20,000 nt of DNA from Limisphaerales bacterium (GTDB lineage: Bacteria; Verrucomicrobiota; Verrucomicrobiia; Limisphaerales; SIBE01), in the NCBI GenBank assembly GCA_044225505.1, contig JBGAIN010000019.1, positions 58,282-78,281 of the forward strand, in the 5' to 3' direction. Position 1 is the first letter of the stretch, and each line of letters opens with the position of its first letter. Shown here piece after piece: positions 1 to 8,509 of the stretch. The notes below the pieces were generated by a model that saw nothing but the letters and a program-made list of their open reading frames with translations, was not told where the DNA came from and did not search any database. The position numbers and the translations under genes are program-made.

Positions 1-2
1 CA

Positions 3-2516
3 AACACGGAAGAGTTGATCCGCGGCTTGCGCAGCCAGGCAGAGTTCAAGGATTTGCCGGTTTTCACTTTGACTGACCCTCGCGCCGGTACCAACGATTC
101 GAGCAGTGCGACTCGAGCATTCCCTAAAGTACCGGCGAGGGCGCCGGAAGTCGTTAAAGCCGTAGCGCAAAGTTTGGCCAACGTTGGACAAACCGGCCCG
201 CTAGCAGCCACGCCGCCGGCTGCCAATCCGGCAACCGAAATTAAGCGACTGACGGTGGGCGCCCAGCGATCGACCTTCCCGGAAGAAGTGGGTGCCACGG
301 TCCGTCAATTGTCAGAATCGTTCAGAGCATTTTCTACAACGACACCAGAAAGCCGCTCCGAACCCTTGCAGAAGATGCAAGAGCATGTTCGCAACTTGCG
401 TCGGGTGTTACTGACTGCAAAATGTCCCGCGCTTACGGCATTCACTTCCGCTCTAGCTCGGCTTTTGATCACACTGGCCAAAGATACCGGCCGAGTGAAT
501 TCGTCTTCGTTAAAAACGCTTTCAGCCTCGATCGACGCCTTGACAGTTGCCACACTACCGACGACAGATTCGTCAGACTTCGAGAAGGGGCCCGTTCGCA
601 TTATAGTGCTTGATGACGACGCGTTATCGAGACGCGCACTCCAATTTGCGTTGGGCTGTCCTGATGTTGAGTTGGAAGATTGCGCCAGCACCGGCCAAGC
701 GCTGGATAGCCTTCGAGACGAGGAGTTCGACGTTGTCTTCACCGATTTCAAAATGGTTCGGAGCGGAGAATTCTCAGCTGAGTTAAAAAAGATCCCCGGA
801 CACGCGGACCTGCCGATTGTGGTTGTCACTGCCAGTGCTGAATTTGACGTGCGCATTCAGTCAACTCTGAATGGAACAGCGGATGTCATCACCAAGCCCT
901 TTACGCCGAGTGAAATGGTGGTGAAAGCCTTCACTTTCGCCATCAAGCGGCGCATGGGCAAACCATCTTCTGTCGTCGTAATTTCGGGAACAGCCTTAGA
1001 ACCAGGGGATAGACTTGCTCCCAGCGAGGATCAAGATGCTCCTCGGGAAGTGTCAGAACGCCGCAGTGCCAGCGGCCATTTAAATGGGGGCAACGACTGC
1101 CTGGTCCCTGCTCCGTCCTTGCCTCGATTTACTCTCTCCCCCTCACGTGCCATGACTCCCGAGGCAACACCGACTAACCTCGAGGAAACATCAAAGACTG
1201 ATATGCGATACTATATTGAACCGCCAGCCTCGCAAGCGAACGAGCTTAGGGAAAAACTGGACGCCGCAGAACAGCGCGTTGAAGCGCAAACGAAAGCCTG
1301 TACCGAACTGGCCGCCGCCAAGGAACAAGCGGAAGCCGCTGTGGCCGCCAGCTTGGCGCGGCTCAAGGAGCTCGAATTGCGCGTTGAAGGCGAGACCAAT
1401 GCCCGCCAAGCGGCCGATCAACAGTTGGGCTCGCTTCAACAGCGAGCGGGGGAACTCGAACAGGGCCTCAATCGCGAACGGACCGCACTGCAGGAATTGC
1501 AGTCCCAACAAACCGCTCTGCAACAAGCTGAAGCGAACCTAAAAGCACAACTTACAGAACGTGAAGGGACTCTGGCGGAGCTACGTTCCACGCTCGCTCG
1601 CGTGGAGAGTCAAGCCGCCGCGGAAGCCGCTCGCCGTGACGCCGTGGAGAAAGAGGCGCAAGCCGCTGCTGAAAAGCAGCGCCTGCTCGAAAAGCAGTTA
1701 GAGGAACGCCAGCGAGCCGCGGAGCAGCAGCAAGCAACACTTGCCCCTGAACTACAGCGTCTGCAACATAGTCTGGAGGGCACGCGATCCGAAAACGCGT
1801 CACTTAAATCCAAGATCCACGAACTGGAACGCGCCATCTCACAGCACAACACCAGCGATGTTGCGAAGGCCCCGGCCGATTCCGAACATGGAGAAGGCCG
1901 TGCCACTGAAGCCCCGTTGCAGCGCAAGTTTCAGGAGATGGCCGCCTACGAACTCGTTACAGGTGAATTGGTCAGAGTGCGAAGCCAATTGCGTGACGAA
2001 CGTTCTCAACGCCAGCGTCTGGAGGCCTCGATCGGCGAAGCCGAAGGGATTAAAGAAGAGCTGAGTCGCAAACTTGAAACGTCTCAAGCAAGTGAGCGCA
2101 CGTGTGTGCAAACGATTGAATCCCTGCAGATGAAGCTGCAGGAAGCGGCCGCTAAAGTCGAATCGCTCGAGGCGTCCAACCTGACCCACGCTCGCGAAAA
2201 TCGTCGCTTGCAGCTCCGCGCGAAAGATCTTGAGCAAGAGCTCACCGAGATGTCGAACCAGCTCAGCACGCAAGCCGTTCTGGAACAGTCACGCCGCAGG
2301 CATGAAGCCGAATTGGAAGCCTGTATGCTGCAACAGCAAGCCGAACTCGCCAATGCTAAAGCGGCACTTGCGAAGGAAGACGCCGCAATCAAACGCGCCC
2401 GCGAGAAGATTCAATCTGCTCTGTGTCGCGTGATCCACGACTTGGACAGCGAAAAGGACTCCCTCTTCTCCGAAGCGGTCGAGTCCGAAGAATTGGTCCA
2501 GGCGTCAGCTGCTTGA
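3..2516 (+). CDS. Multi-domain response regulator (partial REC, degenerate Hpt-like bundle, REC, ~430-aa coiled coil); 5' end lies outside the window
   Basis: The frame is open from the left edge (N-T-E-E-L-IRGLRSQAEFKDLPVFTLT resembles the second half of a receiver domain). A complete REC follows: IIVLDDD...FDVVFTD...PIVVVT...VITKPF. The C-terminal half is E/Q/A/L/R-rich heptad sequence. The ORF-track TTG at 15 is probably not the true start. Confidence 0.8.
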   Translation, partial: NTEELIRGLRSQAEFKDLPVFTLTDPRAGTNDSSSATRAFPKVPARAPEVVKAVAQSLANVGQTGPLAATPPAANPATEIKRLTVGAQRSTFPEEVGATVRQLSESFRAFSTTTPESRSEPLQKMQEHVRNLRRVLLTAKCPALTAFTSALARLLITLAKDTGRVNSSSLKTLSASIDALTVATLPTTDSSDFEKGPVRIIVLDDDALSRRALQFALGCPDVELEDCASTGQALDSLRDEEFDVVFTDFKMVRSGEFSAELKKIPGHADLPIVVVTASAEFDVRIQSTLNGTADVITKPFTPSEMVVKAFTFAIKRRMGKPSSVVVISGTALEPGDRLAPSEDQDAPREVSERRSASGHLNGGNDCLVPAPSLPRFTLSPSRAMTPEATPTNLEETSKTDMRYYIEPPASQANELREKLDAAEQRVEAQTKACTELAAAKEQAEAAVAASLARLKELELRVEGETNARQAADQQLGSLQQRAGELEQGLNRERTALQELQSQQTALQQAEANLKAQLTEREGTLAELRSTLARVESQAAAEAARRDAVEKEAQAAAEKQRLLEKQLEERQRAAEQQQATLAPELQRLQHSLEGTRSENASLKSKIHELERAISQHNTSDVAKAPADSEHGEGRATEAPLQRKFQEMAAYELVTGELVRVRSQLRDERSQRQRLEASIGEAEGIKEELSRKLETSQASERTCVQTIESLQMKLQEAAAKVESLEASNLTHARENRRLQLRAKDLEQELTEMSNQLSTQAVLEQSRRRHEAELEACMLQQQAELANAKAALAKEDAAIKRAREKIQSALCRVIHDLDSEKDSLFSEAVESEELVQASAA

Positions 2517-2667
2517 ACCCGGATTTCCTCCGGTGGGCCAATTCCGAAACTCTGCCCCTTCAGGGATTTGAGTCGGACCGCCCTCCGGGGGGTAGGTCTT
2601 ACCTTCCTCGGCACCCGTCGATCACCGAAGGTCGACGCGTTGTCGACCTCAGCGTCGATTCCAGGTT

Positions 2668-3915
2668 CTAGAAGTGAAACACGACCTCGTCTAAACGTTG
2701 GCGGATTTCATTTAGGACGCGTGATTCATCGGCGACATCCTTCGCTAGGAACGTAACGCTAAACCGAAGGTAAGATCCGGCGTCATCCCACGGAACGGTT
2801 GAAATCAACTTTTCCGTGATTAGCCACTGTGAAACCTCCTCCGCAGATTTGAATTCGGTCCGGCTTCCATTCTTTAGCACTGCTGCCTTCGGCGCCTTGA
2901 CGTAAAGAAAAAACGAACCTTTCGGCTTCCGGGCGCTGAATCCAAGGTCTTGTAAAACCTGGACCAGACCGTCCATCCGGCGCGAATATTTGGCCGCAAT
3001 CTTCTGTGTGATCTCGGGGTGATCAAAGCAATACGCAGCTGCGTGCTGAATCGCCAAGAACTGACCCGAATCGGTGTTGTCCTTGACATCGCCATACGCT
3101 TTCACCAGCAGCGGATTGCCTGCGACAAACCCACAACGCCACCCAGTCATGTTGAAACTCTTGCTGGTGGAGTGCAACTCCACGGCCACTTCCTTTGCCC
3201 CAGGGACCGACAATATACTGTTCGGTTTTCCCTCAAACACGAGCGCCGCGTAAGCTGCATCATGCACAACCACTAATCGATGTTGCCTCGCGAATTCGAT
3301 CACCCTTGAAAAGAATTCGGGCGTCGCACTGCCTCCGGTGGGATTGTTGGGATAGTTCAGAACGAGAACTTTTGATTTTTCCAGAACTTCCTTGGGAATA
3401 GACTCGAGATCCGGGAGAAAATGGTTCGCCTCTGTCAATGGCAACTGGTGGACACGCCCTTCATAATACTTGGCATGTGTCCCGAACACTGGATAACCCG
3501 GAGTCGTCATCAAGACGTAATCGCCAGGGTTTATAAGTGCCGCCGGAAGAATGGAAAGCGCGGCTTTGTTCCCAATAGAATGGATCACCTCGGTTTCCGC
3601 ATCGATCTTTTGGGCTCCGCATACTCGTTCCAGATACCTGGCGGCAGCCGTCTTCAACACTTGATCCCCGTTATCCGCATAGCCTCGGTTCTCCGGCTTT
3701 CTTGCCTCAATATTCAGACACTCGACTACTTCCGGAAACGCCATTTCGTCCGGCTCACCCACTCCCATGTCGATGATCTCAGAGCCCGGGCGCGCCGCCA
3801 ACGCGGCACGCTTCGCCCGCTTTATCTTTTCAAACTTATAAATTGCAGTCGACTTGCCGTACTGCCGCCCGCCAATGCGTTCGGCAAATAGATTCTGAAT
3901 GTAAGAGTCCGACAT
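2668..3915 (-). CDS. dapL: LL-diaminopimelate aminotransferase (PLP-dependent class I/II)
   Basis: Begins MSDSYIQNLFAERIGG..YKFEKIKRAK, with DMGVGEPD, LNYPNNPTG, HDAAY, PLP-lysine motif HSTSKSFNMTGWR and VKDNTDSGQF. Start placed at ATG 3915 rather than the ORF-track start at 3981. Confidence 0.88.
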   Translation of the reverse strand: MSDSYIQNLFAERIGGRQYGKSTAIYKFEKIKRAKRAALAARPGSEIIDMGVGEPDEMAFPEVVECLNIEARKPENRGYADNGDQVLKTAAARYLERVCGAQKIDAETEVIHSIGNKAALSILPAALINPGDYVLMTTPGYPVFGTHAKYYEGRVHQLPLTEANHFLPDLESIPKEVLEKSKVLVLNYPNNPTGGSATPEFFSRVIEFARQHRLVVVHDAAYAALVFEGKPNSILSVPGAKEVAVELHSTSKSFNMTGWRCGFVAGNPLLVKAYGDVKDNTDSGQFLAIQHAAAYCFDHPEITQKIAAKYSRRMDGLVQVLQDLGFSARKPKGSFFLYVKAPKAAVLKNGSRTEFKSAEEVSQWLITEKLISTVPWDDAGSYLRFSVTFLAKDVADESRVLNEIRQRLDEVVFHF

Positions 3916-4087
3916 AAAAGCATTCCATTTATCGGCCCGGCAGCGTCTTGGAACCGAGCCTGGCACGGCATATTGTCTCAAAAGAAAATATCAGCCGGCG
4001 CCACGTTCAGCCGCGGAAGCTAACGGATCGTACGGACCGGCGCAAGCTCACGTGAAATCCTGTCGAGGCGAGCCCTCCTGGAAACCC

Positions 4088-5293
4088 TCACGAGGCGCAA
4101 GCCAGAAGCTTTGCCTCCGAGTCCAATCGAATGAACTTTTCTGCAGCAAGATCAGCGAAGCGCAGACCACGGCGGGTCAGGTGAAATCCGTGCGGGTCTT
4201 CAACGGCCAATCCGTCCGCGACCAAGCCCCGGATCTCCGGCGCCCAATGCGATCGCAAATCGAATCCTGTCACGTCTCGAAACTCACTGTAGGACCAGCC
4301 TGCCGTCATCCGCAGGCCGAACGCTGCCGTTTCGCCAGCCCGAGCCAAGGGCGATAGGGTTTCCCTAAACTCAAATGGACGAACGCCGTGCTCCAACCGT
4401 TCACAGTAGAGTCCCGTGTTCGATATGTTTTTCGTGCGGACTCCTTTTATATACCCGGTGGCGCTAGGGCCAACTCCGTGGAACTCCCCGCCTCGCCAGT
4501 AATTAACATTGTGTCGACAAGCGCGACCGGGAACTCCAGGGTGATCGTTCGGCAGGGGGCGGGCGAAGTTTGCGACTTCATACTGTCGGAACCCTGCTGC
4601 CTCCGCGCGCGCGACGAGTTCTTCGTACATATCGCACGCCAATTCCTCATCCACTTCAAACTGCCCGGCCCGCAGCTGGGCAAAGAGAGGGGTGTCTTCT
4701 TCGTAAATTACCTCGTAGCAGGACAAATGCTCACTCCCAAAAGCCAGCGCTTCACAGATCGTCTTCTGCCAGACTCCCAGTGTTTGGCCTGGAATGGCAA
4801 ACATGAGATCGAGGTTGATATTCTCAAAGCCCGCTGCGCGCAAAATATCGAACGACTTGAAAACCATCTCGCGCGTATGAATCCGTCCCAAGCGCTCGAG
4901 TAGCTGACTATCCAGCGACTGCACGCCCATGGAGACCCGGTTGACGCCGTAGGATCGCAGTAATTTCGCTTTGTCCAGAGAGAGTGTTGCTGGGTTACAC
5001 TCGACGGTCCACTCTTGCGCTCCTAGTAAGCTCAAGCGCTCCATGGCTGACAAGACGGTCTGCCATTGGTCAATCGTTAACAAAGTGGGCGTGCCCCCAC
5101 CAAAGAACACTGTGCGCGGGCGAACTTCTCCAGCGATCAGCTCTAACTCTCGAATGAGCGCCACGACATATCGGTGCAAAACGTCCCCCGATGGAGCATG
5201 GGAATAGAAGGCACAATACTCGCATTTGTGCGCACAAAATGGCACGTGCACATACAAGCTAGAAATCGGATTCGTCAACTCCACGGCGTTCAT
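4088..5293 (-). CDS. hemW: Radical SAM heme chaperone HemW (HemN-like)
   Basis: SLYVHVPFCAHKCEYC (CxxxCxxC with H-x-P-F-C), FFGGGTP, ECNP, NRVSMGVQS, YEVANFA, HNVNYW (HemW HNxxYW motif) and a HemN_C-like tail. Confidence 0.92.
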   Translation of the reverse strand: MNAVELTNPISSLYVHVPFCAHKCEYCAFYSHAPSGDVLHRYVVALIRELELIAGEVRPRTVFFGGGTPTLLTIDQWQTVLSAMERLSLLGAQEWTVECNPATLSLDKAKLLRSYGVNRVSMGVQSLDSQLLERLGRIHTREMVFKSFDILRAAGFENINLDLMFAIPGQTLGVWQKTICEALAFGSEHLSCYEVIYEEDTPLFAQLRAGQFEVDEELACDMYEELVARAEAAGFRQYEVANFARPLPNDHPGVPGRACRHNVNYWRGGEFHGVGPSATGYIKGVRTKNISNTGLYCERLEHGVRPFEFRETLSPLARAGETAAFGLRMTAGWSYSEFRDVTGFDLRSHWAPEIRGLVADGLAVEDPHGFHLTRRGLRFADLAAEKFIRLDSEAKLLACAS

Positions 5294-5299
5294 GGAAAG

Positions 5300-5328
5300 A
5301 GCTTACCGTGGAAGGCGACCGCAGACAA
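5300..5328 (-). promoter_or_regulatory. Putative sigma70-type promoter for leaderless hemW transcript
   Basis: Minus strand TTGTCT (5328-5323), 17 nt, TAAGCT (5305-5300), 6 nt, ATG (5293). No SD-like sequence. Confidence 0.55.
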
Positions 5329-5367
5329 CCCACCGGACATCAACTGCGGCGCGATTGACGGACGGCG

Positions 5368-5574
5368 CTACGCTTCGCGGCGCTGGACATTTTGGGCCTT
5401 CCAGCCCTTGTTGCTTTCGACAATATCGAAATTGACCACTTCTCCCTCCGCCAATGTCTTGTAGCCATTGCCCTGGATGGAGGAATAGTGAACAAAGACA
5501 TCTTTGCCTGACTCGTGCAAAATGAATCCGAACCCCTTTTTGTTGTCGAACCACTTTACTTTGCCACTCACCAT
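5368..5574 (-). CDS. cspA: Cold-shock domain protein (CspA family)
   Basis: 68 aa: [15 protein letters not shown] (RNP1), DVFVHYSSI (RNP2), [20 protein letters not shown] upstream. The symbol is family-level only. Confidence 0.95.
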   Translation of the reverse strand: MVSGKVKWFDNKKGFGFILHESGKDVFVHYSSIQGNGYKTLAEGEVVNFDIVESNKGWKAQNVQRREA

Positions 5575-5693
5575 ACTTCACTCCGGTTGCGGTGCAGCCA
5601 AGCAGATCCAAGCAGTGAAACAATCGTTTCCGGGAACTGGTAAGGCGCACCAAGAGCCTAACGGCCTTGAGTTGTGCTGGTCTATGAGCGAGG

Positions 5694-5722
5694 AGTCTAG
5701 GAACAAGCGTGACTAAGGTCAA
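5694..5722 (-). promoter_or_regulatory. Putative sigma70 promoter of the csp gene, implying a ~110-nt 5' UTR
   Basis: Minus strand TTGACC (5722-5717), 17 nt, TAGACT (5699-5694). Confidence 0.65.
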
Positions 5723-5858
5723 GGATTAGTAAGCTATAAGCTCGTTTTCCTTGCAATCCAACCTCCCGCCCCCCTGTCTCCTCAGCCGCTGCGTCTCCCT
5801 TCACCGGTTGTTCGGCCGCTCAAGGCCAACCCTCTTAGCGTCGCTTTGCGAAAGTGCG

Positions 5859-6236
5859 TTAAGGACCGACCTCAAGAACCTGATCCAAAAGTTGAGGCAG
5901 ATGCGTCAGCACCGCCGCATCCCCGGTCACCAGGGTGGCGCCAGCCTGATGTGCTTGAGTTCGTAAATCATCTTGCCCGTCTTTTGCAAACGCCAGCACA
6001 GGGATGTGTCCAGTGTCCGGCGTTTGCCGTAGGTCGCGTAGAACACCACAAAGGTCCGAACCACGGCTAGTGAGGTCTACAATCATCACGAATGGCGTTG
6101 CCTGACGGGCTTGGTCGACCAAGGTGTCCGCCTGCGTATGTGTCATTACCCGGTAGCCAAGATCCTGCAGCCGGTTGACCAGCTGGCTGCCGGGCAACAA
6201 GGCCTCGTAGAATACGAGCGCTAACGGTTTCGTCAT
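5859..6236 (-). CDS. Stand-alone atypical receiver (CheY-like) domain protein
   Basis: REC-like pattern LALVF..LQDLGYRV..PFVMIVDL..LRQTPDTGHIPVLAF..AHQAGATLV. It lacks the acidic pair and the conserved Lys-Pro. Confidence 0.75.
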   Translation of the reverse strand: MTKPLALVFYEALLPGSQLVNRLQDLGYRVMTHTQADTLVDQARQATPFVMIVDLTSRGSDLCGVLRDLRQTPDTGHIPVLAFAKDGQDDLRTQAHQAGATLVTGDAAVLTHLPQLLDQVLEVGP

Positions 6237-6242
6237 AGGCCC

Positions 6243-6271
6243 AGCTTGAAGGAGCCCATTCCAGAATGCAA
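6243..6271 (-). promoter_or_regulatory. Putative leaderless promoter of the receiver-domain gene
   Basis: Minus strand TTGCAT (6271-6266), 17 nt, CAAGCT (6248-6243), 6 nt, ATG (6236). Confidence 0.45.
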
Positions 6272-6329
6272 AAGTTTTTGGGATGAAGGCAGGCCTTGAC
6301 GATCGAACCCCACGAGCAATCCGCCCGAG

Positions 6330-7079
6330 TCAGCTACCGCCAGGCGAAGAGGTGAAAAGGGTCCTGGAATGGCTTCCGGATTCGGTCATGATGCCGCCCG
6401 ACGGCCAGTGTCGCTTGATAGAAATCACCCAGGCCAGCCACCGCCATGTATCCCTCAAGAGACGTATCTTGCTTCGTTCGTGGCCGTAGATTACGTGAAT
6501 TGGTACGAACTCTACGTGGTGGCCCGCTTGGATAAACGCAAGAAGCACTTCTGATTCAAACTCAAAGTGTGACGTTCTCAACTGCAGTGCACTCCAGCTG
6601 GGAACGTGCAGCAGTCGAAACCCGCACTGGGTATCTGGCAAAACGCAGCCAGCCAGAAATGAAATTGAACGGCTCATCCATAGGTTCGCGATCCAACGGA
6701 GTCGCGGCATGCGTGAGGCTTCCGTCATACGGTTTCCGATGACCATGGCCGCAGCGGTGTTGGTCTGTCTCTCGAGAAACCGGGGAATATCCTCTGGCGA
6801 GTGTTGCCCATCTCCATCCATCAGTAAGACCCAAGACAGATTTTGGCCTTCAGCCCACCTCAACCCAGACGCCAAAGCCGCGCCTTTTCCAAGGCTCTGA
6901 GCGAGGGAAATGGTCGAGGCGCCCGCCTGAGCCGCCAAACTGGCAGTCCCATCCGTCGATCCGTCGTCTATCACCATGACCCGCGGAATGTACTCGCGGA
7001 CGCGCCGTACCAATGGAGCAATGGTCATCGCTTCATTGAGGCACGGGATCACCACGCCATAGGTCGCATTCCCCAGCAT
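6330..7079 (-). CDS. Glycosyltransferase family 2 (DPM1/polyprenol-phosphate glycosyltransferase-like)
   Basis: VVIPCLNE, VIDDGSTDGT, GKGAAL, LMDGDGQH, VIGNR, DTQCGFR and FEFESE motifs. Confidence 0.92.
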   Translation of the reverse strand: MLGNATYGVVIPCLNEAMTIAPLVRRVREYIPRVMVIDDGSTDGTASLAAQAGASTISLAQSLGKGAALASGLRWAEGQNLSWVLLMDGDGQHSPEDIPRFLERQTNTAAAMVIGNRMTEASRMPRLRWIANLWMSRSISFLAGCVLPDTQCGFRLLHVPSWSALQLRTSHFEFESEVLLAFIQAGHHVEFVPIHVIYGHERSKIRLLRDTWRWLAWVISIKRHWPSGGIMTESGSHSRTLFTSSPGGS

Positions 7080-7085
7080 TGGTGT

Positions 7086-7114
7086 AGATTGGATTGAACT
7101 CTCGCCGACAGCAA
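7086..7114 (-). promoter_or_regulatory. Putative leaderless promoter of the GT2 gene
   Basis: Minus strand TTGCTG (7114-7109), 17 nt, CAATCT (7091-7086), 6 nt, ATG (7079). Confidence 0.45.
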
Positions 7115-7340
7115 CTCATCTGATGACTGTCCGCGCTCCTTACAAAACTTACAGCTCGGCTTTCCCTTGAAGCCCGTTTGCACGTTGAACCAGATGCACT
7201 CCCAGTCTGCAGGGGATCGGGTTGCTCCGACGCGCCTTTCGCAAAAGGGCTCTCCCGATTGGTTAACAGGCAATCGAGAAGTTGGGACGCCGCCCTTTTG
7301 CAGAGCCTTGCGATGGGTCAAGCTACCCATCTCGTCTCTC

Positions 7341-7372
7341 AAAAAAAAAGCGGCCCTCAACCGAGGGCCGCT
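7341..7372 (-). terminator. Rho-independent terminator after the VPDSG-CTERM gene
   Basis: Perfect 10-bp stem AGCGGCCCTC (7349-7358)/GAGGGCCGCT (7363-7372), 4-nt loop, and a run of 9 T on the minus strand (A at 7341-7349), ~20 nt past the stop. Confidence 0.9.
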
Positions 7373-7393
7373 CATGAATCTTGAATCGTCGAA

Positions 7394-7924
7394 TCAGCTC
7401 CGGGATAAACCCCTTTGACACCGATTAGCGCCGATCAATCCGACCAAACCTAAGCCCAAGAGAGCCAAGGTTGACCCGCTATCAGGAACCGAACCGCCCG
7501 GCGTTCCTGGAACAGGAGCCGCTGGAAACACTCGGACGGTCGAGATACCGCCGAGGCCGTTTGGCCCAGATCCAGTGTTAGGGACCTGATACAGACCAGT
7601 GCCGTCCAGGAATAGAGCTAAGATGCCACCGCCATCGCCGACACCGCCGAGTCCTTTTCCGTAGTGCAGCACTACATAACTTGGACCGCTGATGTTCAGT
7701 AATGGTCCTGAACTGAGACTCGTATAACTGGTAACGTTTTGGTTCACCGGTGCCGGGGTCAACCCGAGACCTGATAACCAGGCAAACATCTCAGCCTTAC
7801 TAGTTCCTACGGAGCCTTTGGAAACGTCTGCTCCGCCCGGAGTAACGTTTACTGGGATCAACACTGCGCTCGCAGAAAACGATATTGCACTAGCCAATAT
7901 CGCTCCCAGAATTAATCTCTTCAT
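7394..7924 (-). CDS. VPDSG-CTERM sorting-domain surface protein
   Basis: Sec signal MKRLILGAILASAISFSASA; Gly-rich core; Pro/Gly linker then VPDSGSTLALLGLGLVGLIGA plus basic tail (TIGR03778-type signal, exosortase C target); AGGGA SD-like sequence upstream. Confidence 0.93.
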   Translation of the reverse strand: MKRLILGAILASAISFSASAVLIPVNVTPGGADVSKGSVGTSKAEMFAWLSGLGLTPAPVNQNVTSYTSLSSGPLLNISGPSYVVLHYGKGLGGVGDGGGILALFLDGTGLYQVPNTGSGPNGLGGISTVRVFPAAPVPGTPGGSVPDSGSTLALLGLGLVGLIGANRCQRGLSRS

Positions 7925-8009
7925 GCATTCCCTTCTGTTCGTACGTGTCTGGATGTAGCACCCTTAAACCGGCACACCGATGTCCCGTTTAGCTACACTA
8001 TATTCCACT

Positions 8010-8116
8010 ATTGTTTCAAAACTGGACATTTTGTCAAGGTAGAACTTCCCTTCGCTCGACGTCGCTCCATCAAGACATCAAGGTAGCATTACGCTGCGTA
8101 TCGTCAACTGGTTGAC
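8010..8116 (-). promoter_or_regulatory. Candidate tandem promoters and dyad site upstream of the VPDSG-CTERM gene
   Basis: Minus strand TTGACA (8037-8032), 16 nt, AACAAT with TGn extension; TTGACG (8107-8102), 16 nt, TACCTT with TGn extension; palindrome GTCAAC-TG-GTTGAC at 8103-8116. Confidence 0.4.
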
Positions 8117-8509
8117 ACCCAAATCCGGGGCTTCAACATCGTCTCCGAAGCTTCAATAAGTCGTAAATTGTTGCCCACAAGCCACTCAAGAGCATCGATG
8201 CTGGTGACATTTTGGCGCCTGGCCCCGCCATCGTCGCCCGTTCGAACGATTACACACCGATCTTAGGCGGCCAAAAAGCCACCGCCGGCGCTAATATCGG
8301 GAGGGTTTCCTCGGTTTCTGTATCCGCAGTTTTGGGATACGCCACCGTGCAGCCGTTAGAGCCAAGGGGAATGCTGAATCCTGCGTTTAAGCTGTCCCAT
8401 CCGTATCAAGTCTGCTACCTCCATACAGAAGGTGTGCACCGTGAGCTCAAGCTTGTCTGCCAAAGCGACCGCTTCTCACGGTTCACGGACCCGAAGCTAT
8501 GGGCTTGCC

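Noticed and set aside
2629..2649. 8-bp hairpin AGGTCGAC/GTCGACCT between convergent genes as a terminator
   Set aside because: No U-tract on either strand; it may aid termination but cannot be supported.
3960..3977. Sigma54-like CTGGCACG..TTG
   Set aside because: The -12 element is off by one base and is not TTGC; it also points antisense, into the 3' end of hemW.
7260..7330. c-di-GMP-I riboswitch-like words (GGCAA..GGGACGC) on the plus strand
   Set aside because: Lacks the GCAAAG and GNRA/receptor architecture, and no plus-strand gene follows.
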